Positions 40,732 to 50,555 of a stretch of 64,000 nt of DNA are shown here, piece by piece (the first letter of the stretch is position 1; each line of letters begins with the position of its first letter). Source of the stretch: an uncultured delta proteobacterium (GTDB taxonomy: Bacteria > Desulfobacterota > BSN033 > UBA1163); contig CAWHBU010000006.1 in assembly GCA_963827685.1 (NCBI GenBank), positions 96,001 through 160,000 of the forward strand. Direction: 5' to 3'. Position numbers and translations under genes: made by a program. The notes under the pieces were generated by a model. It ran no database searches. It saw only the letters and a program-made list of their open reading frames with translations, and was not told where the DNA came from.

Positions 40732-42354
40732 TCATGGGAGATATCCCTTTCGATTCAAGAATAGATTCACCGCATAGCTTTTCGCAAGATTCGGTGGCGG
40801 GGTTTTGAGTGGAGGGAGGGGGCGCTGAAACCTGAAATCCTTGATGATGTCGTAAAGATAGCTTAGGGCGTCCAAACCATCGTCATGCCAGAAGGGGAAC
40901 TTTTCCATCTCCCATTTCAACCTCTCCCGGTAAGCATAAGGAACGGCCTTTGAGACATGCAGTTTCCCGTTGTTTAACGGCCATGCAATAGCACTCTCGA
41001 TCCTCTGAGTCTTGTTTCTCCCCGCGGGTCGGAGAATGATAAGGGTTCCATCGTCAACGGAGATATATCGGCCTTTGGCTTTCAGGGCATTGGCAACATG
41101 GATCTCTGTGGAACTCAAACCAACCTTCTCAACCCCTACTTTCAGAATGACCCCAGCCTTCAGATACATTCTCAAAATTGCCTCAATCGCTTCGGAGTCT
41201 CCGAGAGGAGAAATGATCGCGTCAACGATATAGACGTTACTTGCTCCCACTTCGTCAACCTTGGGCTCTACCGCGCATACCAGAATCGCCCATGAATCAC
41301 CCTTAGCGGTGGATCCCGCTGGGTCAATAGTCATGAAGTTGTAAGACGTCCTTGGTATTTGCTCCGGGTCAATCTCCTTTAGATATTCAGGATTTAGTTT
41401 CTGGGTCCCCACAGGTGTGGGATTACAAAGCTGCTGGCAATTAAATGTCTTGGTAAGCTTCAAATCATCAAGCCTCTTCTGTGAGATGAAGATGGATCTC
41501 CCGTTTGGTGACCCGTCTTCTGTGGCAGGCACAAGCCGAAGATGATATTTAGGGTTTCCGTTTTCATCCTTTTTATCCCGGACGTAGATCAAGGGGTCCG
41601 CATGATGGTAGAAGGTTCCGATTACTCTATGAGTCCCGCTTTCTGTTCCAAGGTTCTGGCTTGAGTCATACTTTGTCTTGATCTTCTCCATGACTTCTGG
41701 GGAATCTCCCACATCCTCTGTGATAATATCATCATAAACCCTTCGTTCAAAATGAAGTCCCGTAGGCATCCCCTCGATGAGCCCCCAGGCGCTAATTGTG
41801 GGTTCTTTCCGTGTAGTGGAGCGTTTCAGGATGATTCCCTCATCCAGGGACCAAAGGGGAGATTCCTTCTCCGGGTCCTTCCATACGATTTCAGGGAAGC
41901 ACATCTTTAAAAGCCCCCTGCTTCGAAAGATATCCCGAATAGTGAAAAGGAACTTCTTTGCAACCGGACGGGCATAGGCGAATATTCCTGTTGCTCCCCC
42001 CGGGTTCCCGAGAGTGTACTGGATCGTCTCCGCTACCGTCATGATGCTCGTCTTGAAATGCTCCCTTGCCCACACATCAAGGGTGTAGTCCTTTGGCCCA
42101 TCCTGAATTTCGTTGCACATTTTGACAATGAAGGGATGGTTGACTTTTTCCTCATCCCCCGGAGAGAATGGACGGACAATGAAGTAAAGGACAAAGAATA
42201 GGTCATTAAGAATTAGGCTTCGATAGACATTGACTGGATTCAATCCGCTGGCCATGTTTCTCACTACGGCTAAGTAATCGGTTTTATACTCGCAGTCCTC
42301 TCTGATTCTCAGCTTCAAGCCATCGATCTCAATTACCCGCTGTTCATTCTCCAT
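40732..42354 (-). CDS. terL: Terminase large subunit
   Basis: Deviant Walker A WAREHFKTS, Walker B RVYDDI, VIGT.YH..D, RNase H-like IDPAG...GD, VGVE, HDDGLDAL. Confidence 0.8.
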   Translation of the reverse strand: MENEQRVIEIDGLKLRIREDCEYKTDYLAVVRNMASGLNPVNVYRSLILNDLFFVLYFIVRPFSPGDEEKVNHPFIVKMCNEIQDGPKDYTLDVWAREHFKTSIMTVAETIQYTLGNPGGATGIFAYARPVAKKFLFTIRDIFRSRGLLKMCFPEIVWKDPEKESPLWSLDEGIILKRSTTRKEPTISAWGLIEGMPTGLHFERRVYDDIITEDVGDSPEVMEKIKTKYDSSQNLGTESGTHRVIGTFYHHADPLIYVRDKKDENGNPKYHLRLVPATEDGSPNGRSIFISQKRLDDLKLTKTFNCQQLCNPTPVGTQKLNPEYLKEIDPEQIPRTSYNFMTIDPAGSTAKGDSWAILVCAVEPKVDEVGASNVYIVDAIISPLGDSEAIEAILRMYLKAGVILKVGVEKVGLSSTEIHVANALKAKGRYISVDDGTLIILRPAGRNKTQRIESAIAWPLNNGKLHVSKAVPYAYRERLKWEMEKFPFWHDDGLDALSYLYDIIKDFRFQRPLPPLKTPPPNLAKSYAVNLFLNRKGYLP

Positions 42355-43039
42355 CTTTCCCTTCCTTTGTTTGAAAGGATCTAACGCCAATTCTCGCTTT
42401 TATGACCTTGGCAATCAGGTAAGAGTATTTCTCCTGACACTCTCCGCAGAACTCAAACTCCGCAGGATTTTCGCACATGTCACACCGTCCCTCTATCTCT
42501 GGGAAGGCCATAAGCAAATCTTCATTGCTTTTGTAGTTCTTGAAAAGCCTGTAATCGGCCGCTGCAATACCGGCGTTCAGGTTGAGATGCTTCTCCGGCG
42601 CATAGGACCCGTCCAGCTTCCAGGATTGGTCAAGGGCCTTCAGGGAGACGTTAGGGTCAGCATGATCGACATGACCTTTTAACTTTTCAACCCTGTATTC
42701 TTGGGTCAATCCTTTCTGGTCCATCAGATCCGCTACGGCTTCTCTGACATCTGCTTTCTTCATGAGGTTAGTTCCCAGTGCCTTGGCGGATTCTCTCGAT
42801 GTAACCTCAAAAGTCTCAAGGCATGCCTGAGTTTTTGTCTTTCCATTGGCTACGGCTACAGCGAATTTCTGCTCTTTGGGGGTGAGCTTCTGTAGACTCT
42901 CGGGAGGGGGAACAAGCCTCTTTAACCGTTTCGTAATCGCAGCCGGTGATACTCCAAGGAGTTTCGCCGCTTCTTTCTGGTTATTGCCAGCTTTTAGAAG
43001 GGCAAGAAGATGGTTATCGTCAAATTTTCGCCTCTGCAC
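42344..43039 (-). CDS. terS: Terminase small subunit-like protein with extra N-terminal HTH and C-terminal CxxC-CxxC
   Basis: QKEAAKLLGVSPAAITKRL HTH; LTPKEQKF......G...TQA....F....SA...G..L....V TerS pattern; overlaps terL start. Confidence 0.7.
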   Translation of the reverse strand: MQRRKFDDNHLLALLKAGNNQKEAAKLLGVSPAAITKRLKRLVPPPESLQKLTPKEQKFAVAVANGKTKTQACLETFEVTSRESAKALGTNLMKKADVREAVADLMDQKGLTQEYRVEKLKGHVDHADPNVSLKALDQSWKLDGSYAPEKHLNLNAGIAAADYRLFKNYKSNEDLLMAFPEIEGRCDMCENPAEFEFCGECQEKYSYLIAKVIKARIGVRSFQTKEGKDGE

Positions 43040-43331
43040 TTATTTCCTCCTTGCCAAAGTTAATTGGTTAAAACAATTTACCATGGGTAGACTTGTAACC
43101 AATTCCGGAAAACAATGGGAAGGCTTTCCAGGTAACCTGTCTGAAAAATATGGTCGGCCTTCCCACTTCCCCACTACCCCAGACTGTGCCCATAATTGTG
43201 CCCACTGCATTTAAATTGATGCCAATTCCCACCAATCAACACCAACATTGATAAGATTCTTATCGTAAAGCTAAGGCTTGTAATGAATTGATTTTGGGGT
43301 CTTTTTAGTATTAGGTGAAAAATTAATGGTG

Positions 43332-43380
43332 GGACTGAAAATCCTCGTGTCCGTGGTTCGATTCCGCGACCCGGCACTTT
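43332..43380 (+). repeat. attR core (49 bp)
   Basis: Identical to 14588-14636. Confidence 0.97.
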
Positions 43381-43386
43381 GCTTTC

Positions 43387-43419
43387 AACTTAGGGCAATC
43401 TCAATTGCCCTAAGTTTTT
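43387..43419 (+). terminator. Probable original chromosomal tRNA-Phe terminator
   Basis: Perfect 13-bp stem AACTTAGGGCAAT/ATTGCCCTAAGTT plus Ts directly after attR. Confidence 0.85.
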
Positions 43420-43464
43420 AACTGACGGGATACCGCCTTCAGTTTAGTTCATATCTTTAATCCT

Positions 43465-43635
43465 GTCATTGTCAAACTTCCTCAGGCCAATATCGAATCA
43501 TCAGTAGACCAGACTGAGCCTTTCATGGTTACGATCAACGATCGGAATGAAGTGTCCCTCAAGAACCGGCCCAAGGACTTCAATACTTGAAGGAGTGGAA
43601 GGTCTGGGCATTGTTATCGAAGAAAAAACTCTTTA
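43465..43635 (+). pseudogene. Possible ExbD/TolR remnant
   Basis: VIVKLPQA...EPFMVTIN and, after a break, GVEGLGIVIE; no start codon. Confidence 0.4.
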
Positions 43636-43908
43636 GAAAAGTTCCTATTCCCCATTTCATCCGCCTTTACACTAATTGTCAATTGAAGGGATACCCCTTA
43701 AATTTCATTAAGATGATTCAAAAAATTATCATTTTACTTTCCTTTAGACATATAACTTATTGAAACTACAAATAAATTATTTTTAATAAAAACGAATTTT
43801 TTTCTTGACATTTCCATATTTTGTGTTCTATTATATTCGTAAATCTAAATATAGAATACTTGTTGCCGTTTAGACTGGCTGCCAATAGGTGGAAAGGGGG
43901 ATTTAATA

Positions 43909-44046
43909 ATGAGTTATCTTATTTGTGACAAAAGGAAAGGAAGCCCAAAAATTCATGTCGAAGTTTGTCGGAGAAAGTGCAAACTTCTCCAAGAATGTAA
44001 GACCTACAAGGAATTTGTCGATAATTTGGAGAGAAAAGCTGCTTAA
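43909..44046 (+). CDS. 45-aa Cys-rich small protein (not in ORF track)
   Basis: MSYLICDKRKGSPKIHVEVCRRKCKLLQECKTYKEF...; AGGGGG RBS; TTGACA-18-TATTAT at 43805-43834. Confidence 0.7.
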   Translation: MSYLICDKRKGSPKIHVEVCRRKCKLLQECKTYKEFVDNLERKAA

Positions 44047-44129
44047 ATACCCCCTGCCTGCGGTAAGCAGGTCTTCACGTCCCCTCCTTTCTGGTTGGGC
44101 CGGTTCCTTGAACGGAATCGGCCCTCTTT

Positions 44130-44867
44130 TTATCCTATATCTCCCCATTCATATTGAAGTATGCTGAGAAGGCAGAGGCTTGCTGTTTCAGCCCTTAATA
44201 TCCTCCTCCCTAATGTCACAGGGATGAATCCCGCTCCCTTCGCTTCATCAACCTCCGACTGATTAAATCCCCCCTCTGGCCCAATAATAAAAAAGATCTT
44301 TCTCTTCTCTTTTGATATTTCCAATACCTCTTTCAACTTGGTTCCCTCTCTCTCCCAGAGAACAAGACGCAGGTCCTCTATTGATGCAGTATGGAGCATA
44401 TCAGAGTAATTTTGGAGGGATTCAATCTTTGGGACTACTCCCCTTCCGCATTGCTTGGAGGCCTCAACGGCAATTTTTTCCCATCGATGATGGCGCTTCA
44501 GTCTTCTCGATTCTTCTAAAAGGAGGACTGAACGGGAAGAGAAAAAAGGAATGATCTCTTTGACCCCTAACTCCGTAGCCTTCTGAATCAGGTAGTCCAT
44601 CTTCTCACCTTTAAGCAGGCTTTGGGCCAGAGTCACTTCCAATAGAGAATCTCTTTTTGAAGAAAAAATATTTTGAATCTTAATCACAACAGAGGAGAGT
44701 CCTTCTTCCACAATTGTACCCTCAAGCTCCTTGCCCAAACCATCGAAGACAACAATTTCATCTCCTCCTTTGAGGCGAAGGACCTTTCGAATATGCTTCA
44801 CCTCATCCCCTTCGATCTTGAGCATCCCATTTTCAATCCGAGGTTGAGGAACATAAAATCTGGCCAT
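44130..44867 (-). CDS. rsmE: 16S rRNA m3U1498 methyltransferase
   Basis: HI.KVLRL, QKATELGV, EASKQC.R, IGPEGG, LG.RILRAETA. Confidence 0.96.
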   Translation of the reverse strand: MARFYVPQPRIENGMLKIEGDEVKHIRKVLRLKGGDEIVVFDGLGKELEGTIVEEGLSSVVIKIQNIFSSKRDSLLEVTLAQSLLKGEKMDYLIQKATELGVKEIIPFFSSRSVLLLEESRRLKRHHRWEKIAVEASKQCGRGVVPKIESLQNYSDMLHTASIEDLRLVLWEREGTKLKEVLEISKEKRKIFFIIGPEGGFNQSEVDEAKGAGFIPVTLGRRILRAETASLCLLSILQYEWGDIG

Positions 44868-44871
44868 GATT

Positions 44872-45756
44872 CTAACTCTCGTTTTTTCTCCTAAAGGTAA
44901 AACAGACCCACTCCCCTTCCTGAGCGATGTTGATCCATCGTAGGAGTTCCGTTTTTAAGTAACATTCACGAAGTCTATCTTTTTCCTTCTCCAATATTCC
45001 TGACAGGATGAGAAAACCCCGGTTCTTGAGGTGGTCCAAAAGAGGCTTCCTCATTCTTCTCAAACTCTTGAGATCGATATTGGCTATGATGATGTCAAAC
45101 TCTTTTTGAACGCTCCCAATGCTTCCTTTTCTCAGCGTGACGATGTCCGAAACCTGGTTCTTCTCCACATTCTCTCTCGCATTCTCCAGAGCCACGCCAT
45201 CAATATCTATCCCCCAAACCTCTCTAGCTCCTAATTTGGCAGCGATGATGGAAAGAATCCCTGAACCTGTCCCCACATCAAGAACGGATCGCCCCCTCTT
45301 CTTGAGTCTCTCTTCCAGTGCCTGGATGCAGAGAATAGTGGTGGCATGGGTTCCCGTACCAAAAGCCATCCCCGGAGTGATATCAATGGGAATCTGGCCT
45401 CTTCTTAATCGAATCTTGGACCAGGGTGGTTTTACCAAAAACCTGGATGTCACCTCGACAGGTTTAAAAAACCTTTTCCAGTTCTCACCCCAATCCTGTT
45501 CAGGAAGAGAGGCCGTCCTAATTTGTGCACGGGGAGCTTCAGGGACGATTTTCTTCAGTGATTTCAAATAGCGATAGAGAGCATGAAGAATTCCTTTCTC
45601 TTTTCCCTCCTGGGGGAGATAAGTCCTGAACCTTAACCATTTTGAATCTCCATCAAGTTCTTCAATGCCCGTGGCTCCTTGCTCAATCACAAAATTTGAG
45701 ACAGCCTCTCCAAATTCTTTTGCGATGAGAAGTTCCACAACCAACCAACGCTTCAT
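44872..45756 (-). CDS. prmA: Ribosomal protein L11 methyltransferase
   Basis: DW...WK.FFKP, PGMAFGTG.H.TT, LDVGTGSGIL, ANI, LSGI. Confidence 0.95.
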   Translation of the reverse strand: MKRWLVVELLIAKEFGEAVSNFVIEQGATGIEELDGDSKWLRFRTYLPQEGKEKGILHALYRYLKSLKKIVPEAPRAQIRTASLPEQDWGENWKRFFKPVEVTSRFLVKPPWSKIRLRRGQIPIDITPGMAFGTGTHATTILCIQALEERLKKRGRSVLDVGTGSGILSIIAAKLGAREVWGIDIDGVALENARENVEKNQVSDIVTLRKGSIGSVQKEFDIIIANIDLKSLRRMRKPLLDHLKNRGFLILSGILEKEKDRLRECYLKTELLRWINIAQEGEWVCFTFRRKNES

Positions 45757-45795
45757 AAGATTGCTTCGTCTTAATCCTAACCTTATAGACTCTTT

Positions 45796-46566
45796 TTAAT
45801 TCGCGGCTATAAATTCTCTGATCTTCTCATTGAAAGCCTGGGGTGATTCCATCATCACAATATGGCCGGCATTAGGAAGGATCTCCATCTTCGAACCTTT
45901 GATTCGATTGTGAAGGAATTGGGAATACTTTACAGGAGTGAGTTGGTCATCATCTCCACAGAGGATGAGCGTGGGGAGAACGATTTTCTCTATCTCATTA
46001 ATTAGGTCGAACTGATCACAGGCGAGGAAGTCACCATAGAGGACTTCAGGCTGACATCGCATCATCTCGTTGATGCCTTGCTCCATTAACTTCGATGGAG
46101 CCTTTGGAGAAACGGTGAATGGGACGATCTTTCGGACCGTCTCCTCAAAGTTATCCCTGATCCCTTCCAGAATCATTGGAAAAACTTTCAGCTTCGCACC
46201 AGTTCCTACCAAAACAATCCCCCTCATCACTTCCGGGTGAGTCAAGGCTAATGTCTGAACAATTGCTCCGCCCATTGAATGCCCGACGAGAAAAACTTTT
46301 TGTAAACCCAATGCTTTCAGAAAAGCATCTACATGCTCAGCATACCTTACGATCTCCTCCTCCCCTTCTCCCTCGGATTCTCCATGGCCAGGAAGCTCAA
46401 TGATGATCGGGTTGAATTCCTTCTCAAAATAGCCCTTCTGATAGCTCCATGTATACTGCCCTCCCCCTGCTCCATGGACGAAGAGAATGGTTTCCCTTCC
46501 CTCTAAAATACCTTTTCTCCCCGTCCAGTAACTGATCTGTTTTCCATTGATCCGAACGATTGGCAT
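45796..46566 (-). CDS. Alpha/beta hydrolase
   Basis: FVHGAG, LPGHG.S, GHSMGG, G.DD.LTP, AGH. Confidence 0.9.
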   Translation of the reverse strand: MPIVRINGKQISYWTGRKGILEGRETILFVHGAGGGQYTWSYQKGYFEKEFNPIIIELPGHGESEGEGEEEIVRYAEHVDAFLKALGLQKVFLVGHSMGGAIVQTLALTHPEVMRGIVLVGTGAKLKVFPMILEGIRDNFEETVRKIVPFTVSPKAPSKLMEQGINEMMRCQPEVLYGDFLACDQFDLINEIEKIVLPTLILCGDDDQLTPVKYSQFLHNRIKGSKMEILPNAGHIVMMESPQAFNEKIREFIAAN

Positions 46567-47528
46567 GGGAACCTCCTTTGAACGAAATCGAAATAGGAAT
46601 GGATGGCTTCCAAGAGAGCGTTTTCCCCCCTTAATCCTGACAATTTTGAATGGAAGGAGGCGCAGCCAGGGAAGCCTTTCGTATACCAGTAAACGTGTCT
46701 CTGAAATTTTTTTACCGCCCATTTCTCGCCATAATAAGCTTCTACCAGGGTGAAATGATGATGAATCACTTTCTGCCTCTCCTCCAGAGTTGGAGTCGCC
46801 GGTCCTTCCTCCCACTCCCTTGAATTTTTAAAACTGAAGATCCAGGGATTTCCTAACGCCCCTCTACCAATCATCACCCCATCACAACCTGTTTCTTCGA
46901 TCATCTTCTTGGCCAAAAGTGGTGTTGTGATATCGCCATTTCCAATGACGGGGAGACGGGTGGCCCTTTTCACTTCCCTAATCAGATCCCAATCTGCCCG
47001 ACCGTGAAACCCTTGAACCTTTGTCCTGGGATGGATGGTAATGGCATTGAAACCACAGTCCTCTGCGATTTTTGAGATTTCCAGCGCATTTATATGTTCC
47101 CCATCCCACCCTGAACGGATTTTGATGGTCAGAGGGCTTCTCACTTCCTTCCTCACCTTTGTAAGAATTTCTTTCACCTTTTCTGGAAACCGCATCAGAT
47201 CAACCCCTGCTCCAGCTTCAACCACCTGTTTCGCCGGGCATCCCATATTGATGTCAATGGCGTCTGCTCCCATGGACTCAGCCATCTGAGCGGCTTCGGC
47301 TAACACCCCGGGGGTTGAGCCGAAGAGTTGGACGGAAACAGGATGTTCATCCTCTCCGATTTTTAAGAACGATTTCCCCTTCCGTAATAATCCATCTGCG
47401 CTGACCATTTCTGTAAAAACCAAACTGCAACCGTGCTCCTTTGCCATTTGTCGGAAGGGGTAATCCGTAATCCCCGACATCGGTGCCAAGAAAATAGGAT
47501 GATCGAATTCAAGATTACCAAGCCTCAT
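46503..47528 (-). CDS. dusB: tRNA-dihydrouridine synthase
   Basis: LAPM.G.TD, TEMVS, QLFG, DINMGCP, KIRSGW, H.RT, GNGD, MIGRG.LGNPW. Confidence 0.93.
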   Translation of the reverse strand: MRLGNLEFDHPIFLAPMSGITDYPFRQMAKEHGCSLVFTEMVSADGLLRKGKSFLKIGEDEHPVSVQLFGSTPGVLAEAAQMAESMGADAIDINMGCPAKQVVEAGAGVDLMRFPEKVKEILTKVRKEVRSPLTIKIRSGWDGEHINALEISKIAEDCGFNAITIHPRTKVQGFHGRADWDLIREVKRATRLPVIGNGDITTPLLAKKMIEETGCDGVMIGRGALGNPWIFSFKNSREWEEGPATPTLEERQKVIHHHFTLVEAYYGEKWAVKKFQRHVYWYTKGFPGCASFHSKLSGLRGENALLEAIHSYFDFVQRRFPCQSFGSMENRSVTGRGEKVF

Positions 47529-47533
47529 AACAG

Positions 47534-47590
47534 ATTTCACATTTCGAATTTCGGATTTTTATTGCGCATTCCGCAATCCGCACTCTGCAA
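47534..47590. repeat. Heptamer tandem repeats (ATTTCGN, then ATCCGCA-like)
   Basis: ATTTCAC ATTTCGA ATTTCGG ... ATTCCGC AATCCGC ACTCTGC. Confidence 0.65.
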
Positions 47591-47596
47591 TAAAAT

Positions 47597-48448
47597 TTAT
47601 TTCTTTATTTCGTTCCAGTGCTTCTTTATCGACTGGATCGCCTCGTCAATACGGAGGGGGTCTCCAAAATCGAGTCCTTCCTCTTTTAATCCCTTGAAGA
47701 GCTTCGTCAGGGTTGGCTCTTCCAGATTAAAGCTTCCCAGGTCCTTAAATTTCCCGAAAATCTCATCCGGTCTTCCCCGCTCGCTGAGATCACCATGTCC
47801 ATGCATGAGGTAAAGCACGTCCGTCACCTCAGACACCAATTCGACCTCATGGAGTGTCATGATCAGAGTGACCCCTTTCTCTCTGTTCAATTCATTCAAG
47901 ATCTGAATGAGATCCCTTTTGGACTTGGGGTCCAATCCGGTAAAGGGTTCATCCAGGATCAACAGGTCTGGCTCTAACACCAATGCACCGGCTAAGGCCA
48001 CCTTCTTCTTTTCACCGCCGGACAGGTAATGGACGATTTTTCCCTGGATCGACTCAATATTCAATCTTTCTATTACAGCCTTGGCCAGTGCTTCTGCTTT
48101 CGTCCCCTCCATGCCATAGTTCAGTGGGGCAAAGAGGATATCATCATAAACGGTGGGGCCAAGGATCTGCTCATCTACATCTTGCATGACGACACCTATC
48201 CTTTGTCTAATCTTGGAATATTCCTTTCCGGGATCCACTCCAAAAACCCTCACGCTTCCATCCTTCGGCACCAGCACTCCCAGGAGATGCTTGAGCAGAG
48301 TCGTCTTTCCACAGCCATTGGCTCCCAGAATCCCGACCCTTTCCCCCTGATTCACAATAAAGTCCAGGCCGCAAATCTGCACCTTCGTCATATCGGGATA
48401 GACATGGGTAATGCAATCCACTAAAACAATCATCTCTTCTTGCTTCAT
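47597..48448 (-). CDS. cbiO: ECF Co/Ni transporter ATPase
   Basis: GANGCGKT, PTV.DD..F.P.N, LSGGEKKKVALAG, LDEP..GLDP. Confidence 0.88.
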   Translation of the reverse strand: MKQEEMIVLVDCITHVYPDMTKVQICGLDFIVNQGERVGILGANGCGKTTLLKHLLGVLVPKDGSVRVFGVDPGKEYSKIRQRIGVVMQDVDEQILGPTVYDDILFAPLNYGMEGTKAEALAKAVIERLNIESIQGKIVHYLSGGEKKKVALAGALVLEPDLLILDEPFTGLDPKSKRDLIQILNELNREKGVTLIMTLHEVELVSEVTDVLYLMHGHGDLSERGRPDEIFGKFKDLGSFNLEEPTLTKLFKGLKEEGLDFGDPLRIDEAIQSIKKHWNEIKK

Positions 48449-48451
48449 CGC

Positions 48452-49078
48452 CTATTCTCCTCTGTAATGAATCTTCCCCTTAAATCCCCGGAGCACCATG
48501 GACTCATACATCTTTTCACTCGCATCAATCCCCTGGATGATGAGATGGCCAAAGGCATTTGAAATATTGATCAAACTCCTCCGGGGGTGTTTCCATTGAA
48601 TCCCTCCCCTGAGATAGAGGGCATGTTGTGTATCTTCCAGGACGGTCAGGAGGATAAAGATCGACCGGTAGGTCAAGAAAAGAGCTATCACAAAAGAAGA
48701 CGGAAGGACTCTCCCCAGGGCAGAAAAGATCGAAGGATAGGGTGTGGTAGCCAGGAGGAGAACGACTCCTGTGGAACCGCCGAGGACCTTCAAAAGGATA
48801 AGAAGAATAAAATAGATTTGAAATCCCGAAAGAAAGATAAAAAGAACAGCAAAGATGAGGGGATAGAGCGTGAGCGAAAATATCCTCACCGGAACCTTCG
48901 CCGTGAAATAAAGAGTGAGGAGAATACCATAAAGAAGGAGAAGTCCAGGAAGATTCCTCACGGTGACGATGACGAATAAAACAACGATCATCCCGATGAT
49001 TTTCAACTTTGGTGAGAGACGATGAAGGAAACTCTTTTTCTCCACAGCGATATAGTCTAAATAGGAAAGCTGAATCAT
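48452..49078 (-). CDS. cbiQ: ECF Co/Ni transporter T component
   Basis: S.LHRL.P..K, TT....I..AL, LTYR.IF.L, M..RGF.G. Confidence 0.85.
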   Translation of the reverse strand: MIQLSYLDYIAVEKKSFLHRLSPKLKIIGMIVVLFVIVTVRNLPGLLLLYGILLTLYFTAKVPVRIFSLTLYPLIFAVLFIFLSGFQIYFILLILLKVLGGSTGVVLLLATTPYPSIFSALGRVLPSSFVIALFLTYRSIFILLTVLEDTQHALYLRGGIQWKHPRRSLINISNAFGHLIIQGIDASEKMYESMVLRGFKGKIHYRGE

Positions 49079-49803
49079 TGGGATTCCTTCTCTAAATGCA
49101 ATAAATCTGGCCTCAGGCGCCGGATATACCGAGCAATCAATGCGGTGATAACTCCTTCCAGAACCCATCCAATCAAACCCAAAGGAAGGACGATGGCCAT
49201 AAACCGTCTCAGATTTACTTTCTCTTCAGCGGCTTCCCCTGGATGATGCTCCTCCTTCTCTTTTGAAAAGTGGAATTCAAAAATCCCCTTACCTTCCTGA
49301 TGAATTAATTCTTCGTAATGCGATGCCCCCAGACTGACCACCCCGATCATGGCAAAGGTGGAAAAGAGTAAGGCGATGAAGGTGGCCAGAAAAATGGCAG
49401 GGGTTAACCTTTTGAAAACTTTCCACAAGAGGTGAAAAAGAAAATATCCCAGAACCCCTTCGATCGAGAGGGTGAGTGTGTTAAGCCCGATGACGGTAAT
49501 CCCACCATGTCCGAAAAGAGCCAGGATGACGTTGACGACAAAAGTAGCAAGAAAGATGAGAGAGGGTCCTAATAAGATTCCGGAAATGACCGTCAGGTTC
49601 ACATGATAAGCGATGGGGACAATTTCGAAGGAAGCACCCAAGACCATGACGGCAGCCATCATTCCCAGTAAAGGAAGACGCCTTGTTAAGTCCTCCTTTT
49701 TCATGGATCGCAAAAGGATCGTCCAAATCACGATTACCACAATGAAACCTGAAGCCCAAAGCCACAGAGGTAAAACTCCATCCGGAAGATGAATATGGGA
49801 CAT
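49075..49803 (-). CDS. cbiM: ECF Co/Ni transporter S component
   Basis: MSHIHLPDG.L N-terminus, GILLGP, HGGIT.IGLN, His/Glu-rich insert. Confidence 0.85.
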   Translation of the reverse strand: MSHIHLPDGVLPLWLWASGFIVVIVIWTILLRSMKKEDLTRRLPLLGMMAAVMVLGASFEIVPIAYHVNLTVISGILLGPSLIFLATFVVNVILALFGHGGITVIGLNTLTLSIEGVLGYFLFHLLWKVFKRLTPAIFLATFIALLFSTFAMIGVVSLGASHYEELIHQEGKGIFEFHFSKEKEEHHPGEAAEEKVNLRRFMAIVLPLGLIGWVLEGVITALIARYIRRLRPDLLHLEKESQ

Positions 49804-49823
49804 CGATCTCTCCGTTCAACATG

Positions 49824-49927
49824 AATCCAGAATCCAGGAGTCAGAAGTCAGAATTAAAAAATAAATTCCACTCGTCCGGCTTAAGGTTATTCAAACTCCT
49901 ATTCTGGATTCTGTCTTCTGAATTCTG
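49824..49927. repeat. Inverted heptamer repeat clusters (AGTCAGA/TTCTGNN)
   Basis: AATCCAG AATCCAG GAGTCAG AAGTCAG ... ATTCTGG ATTCTGT CTTCTGA ATTCTG. Confidence 0.7.
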
Positions 49928-49932
49928 CCTGT

Positions 49933-50352
49933 TTAATGCTTACAGGCTTTGCAAAACCCAAAAAAATTCAATTGATGATCGACCACCTGATAACCTGTGG
50001 ATTCCGTCACCTTTTTCGACCAATCCGAAATATCGCAGAAATTCAATTCGACCACATTCCCGCACGCCTTGCAAATAATATGGTGATGGTGGTCTTCTAA
50101 CTCGCAGAGTTTATATTTAACACTCGAACCATTGATGATTTTAAAGACCATGCCCTGGGATTCAAAGAGATCAAGCGATCGATAGATAGAGGTCAATCCA
50201 ATCTTCTTCTGCTTTCTTAGAAGACTTTGGTAGAGTTCCTTAAGACTCAAAGGAGTTTTGGCATTGGAGAGTTCCTGATAAATTAAAAACCTTGGATGGC
50301 TCAGTCGAAGTCTTTTATCCTTAAATAGGCTTTTAAAAAATCCTTTATTCAT
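49933..50352 (-). CDS. Fur-family regulator
   Basis: IGLTSIYR.L, HHHHIIC..CG, HQLNFFGFC..C. Confidence 0.92.
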   Translation of the reverse strand: MNKGFFKSLFKDKRLRLSHPRFLIYQELSNAKTPLSLKELYQSLLRKQKKIGLTSIYRSLDLFESQGMVFKIINGSSVKYKLCELEDHHHHIICKACGNVVELNFCDISDWSKKVTESTGYQVVDHQLNFFGFCKACKH

Positions 50353-50370
50353 AATCAGTTAAGATTTGAA

Positions 50371-50384
50371 TGAAAATATTTTCA
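50371..50384. promoter_or_regulatory. Palindromic Fur-family-type operator
   Basis: Perfect palindrome TGAAAATATTTTCA just upstream of the regulator start. Confidence 0.65.
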
Positions 50385-50555
50385 ATAAGATAAACATTTT
50401 CTTTCCTACTGTCAAGACCCCCGCTTTGTCACGCCCTTTTTCACGCCCTTTTTCCCTTGACAACATACTTTGATCGTTACACAATTTCAACACGGAATTT
50501 CCTTTCCGCCATGGAAAATAGGGGCAGCACCCATTCAAATAAGTAGGGAGAAATT

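Noticed and set aside
43332-43380. Second tRNA-Phe gene
   Set aside because: Only the 3' half is present; it is attR
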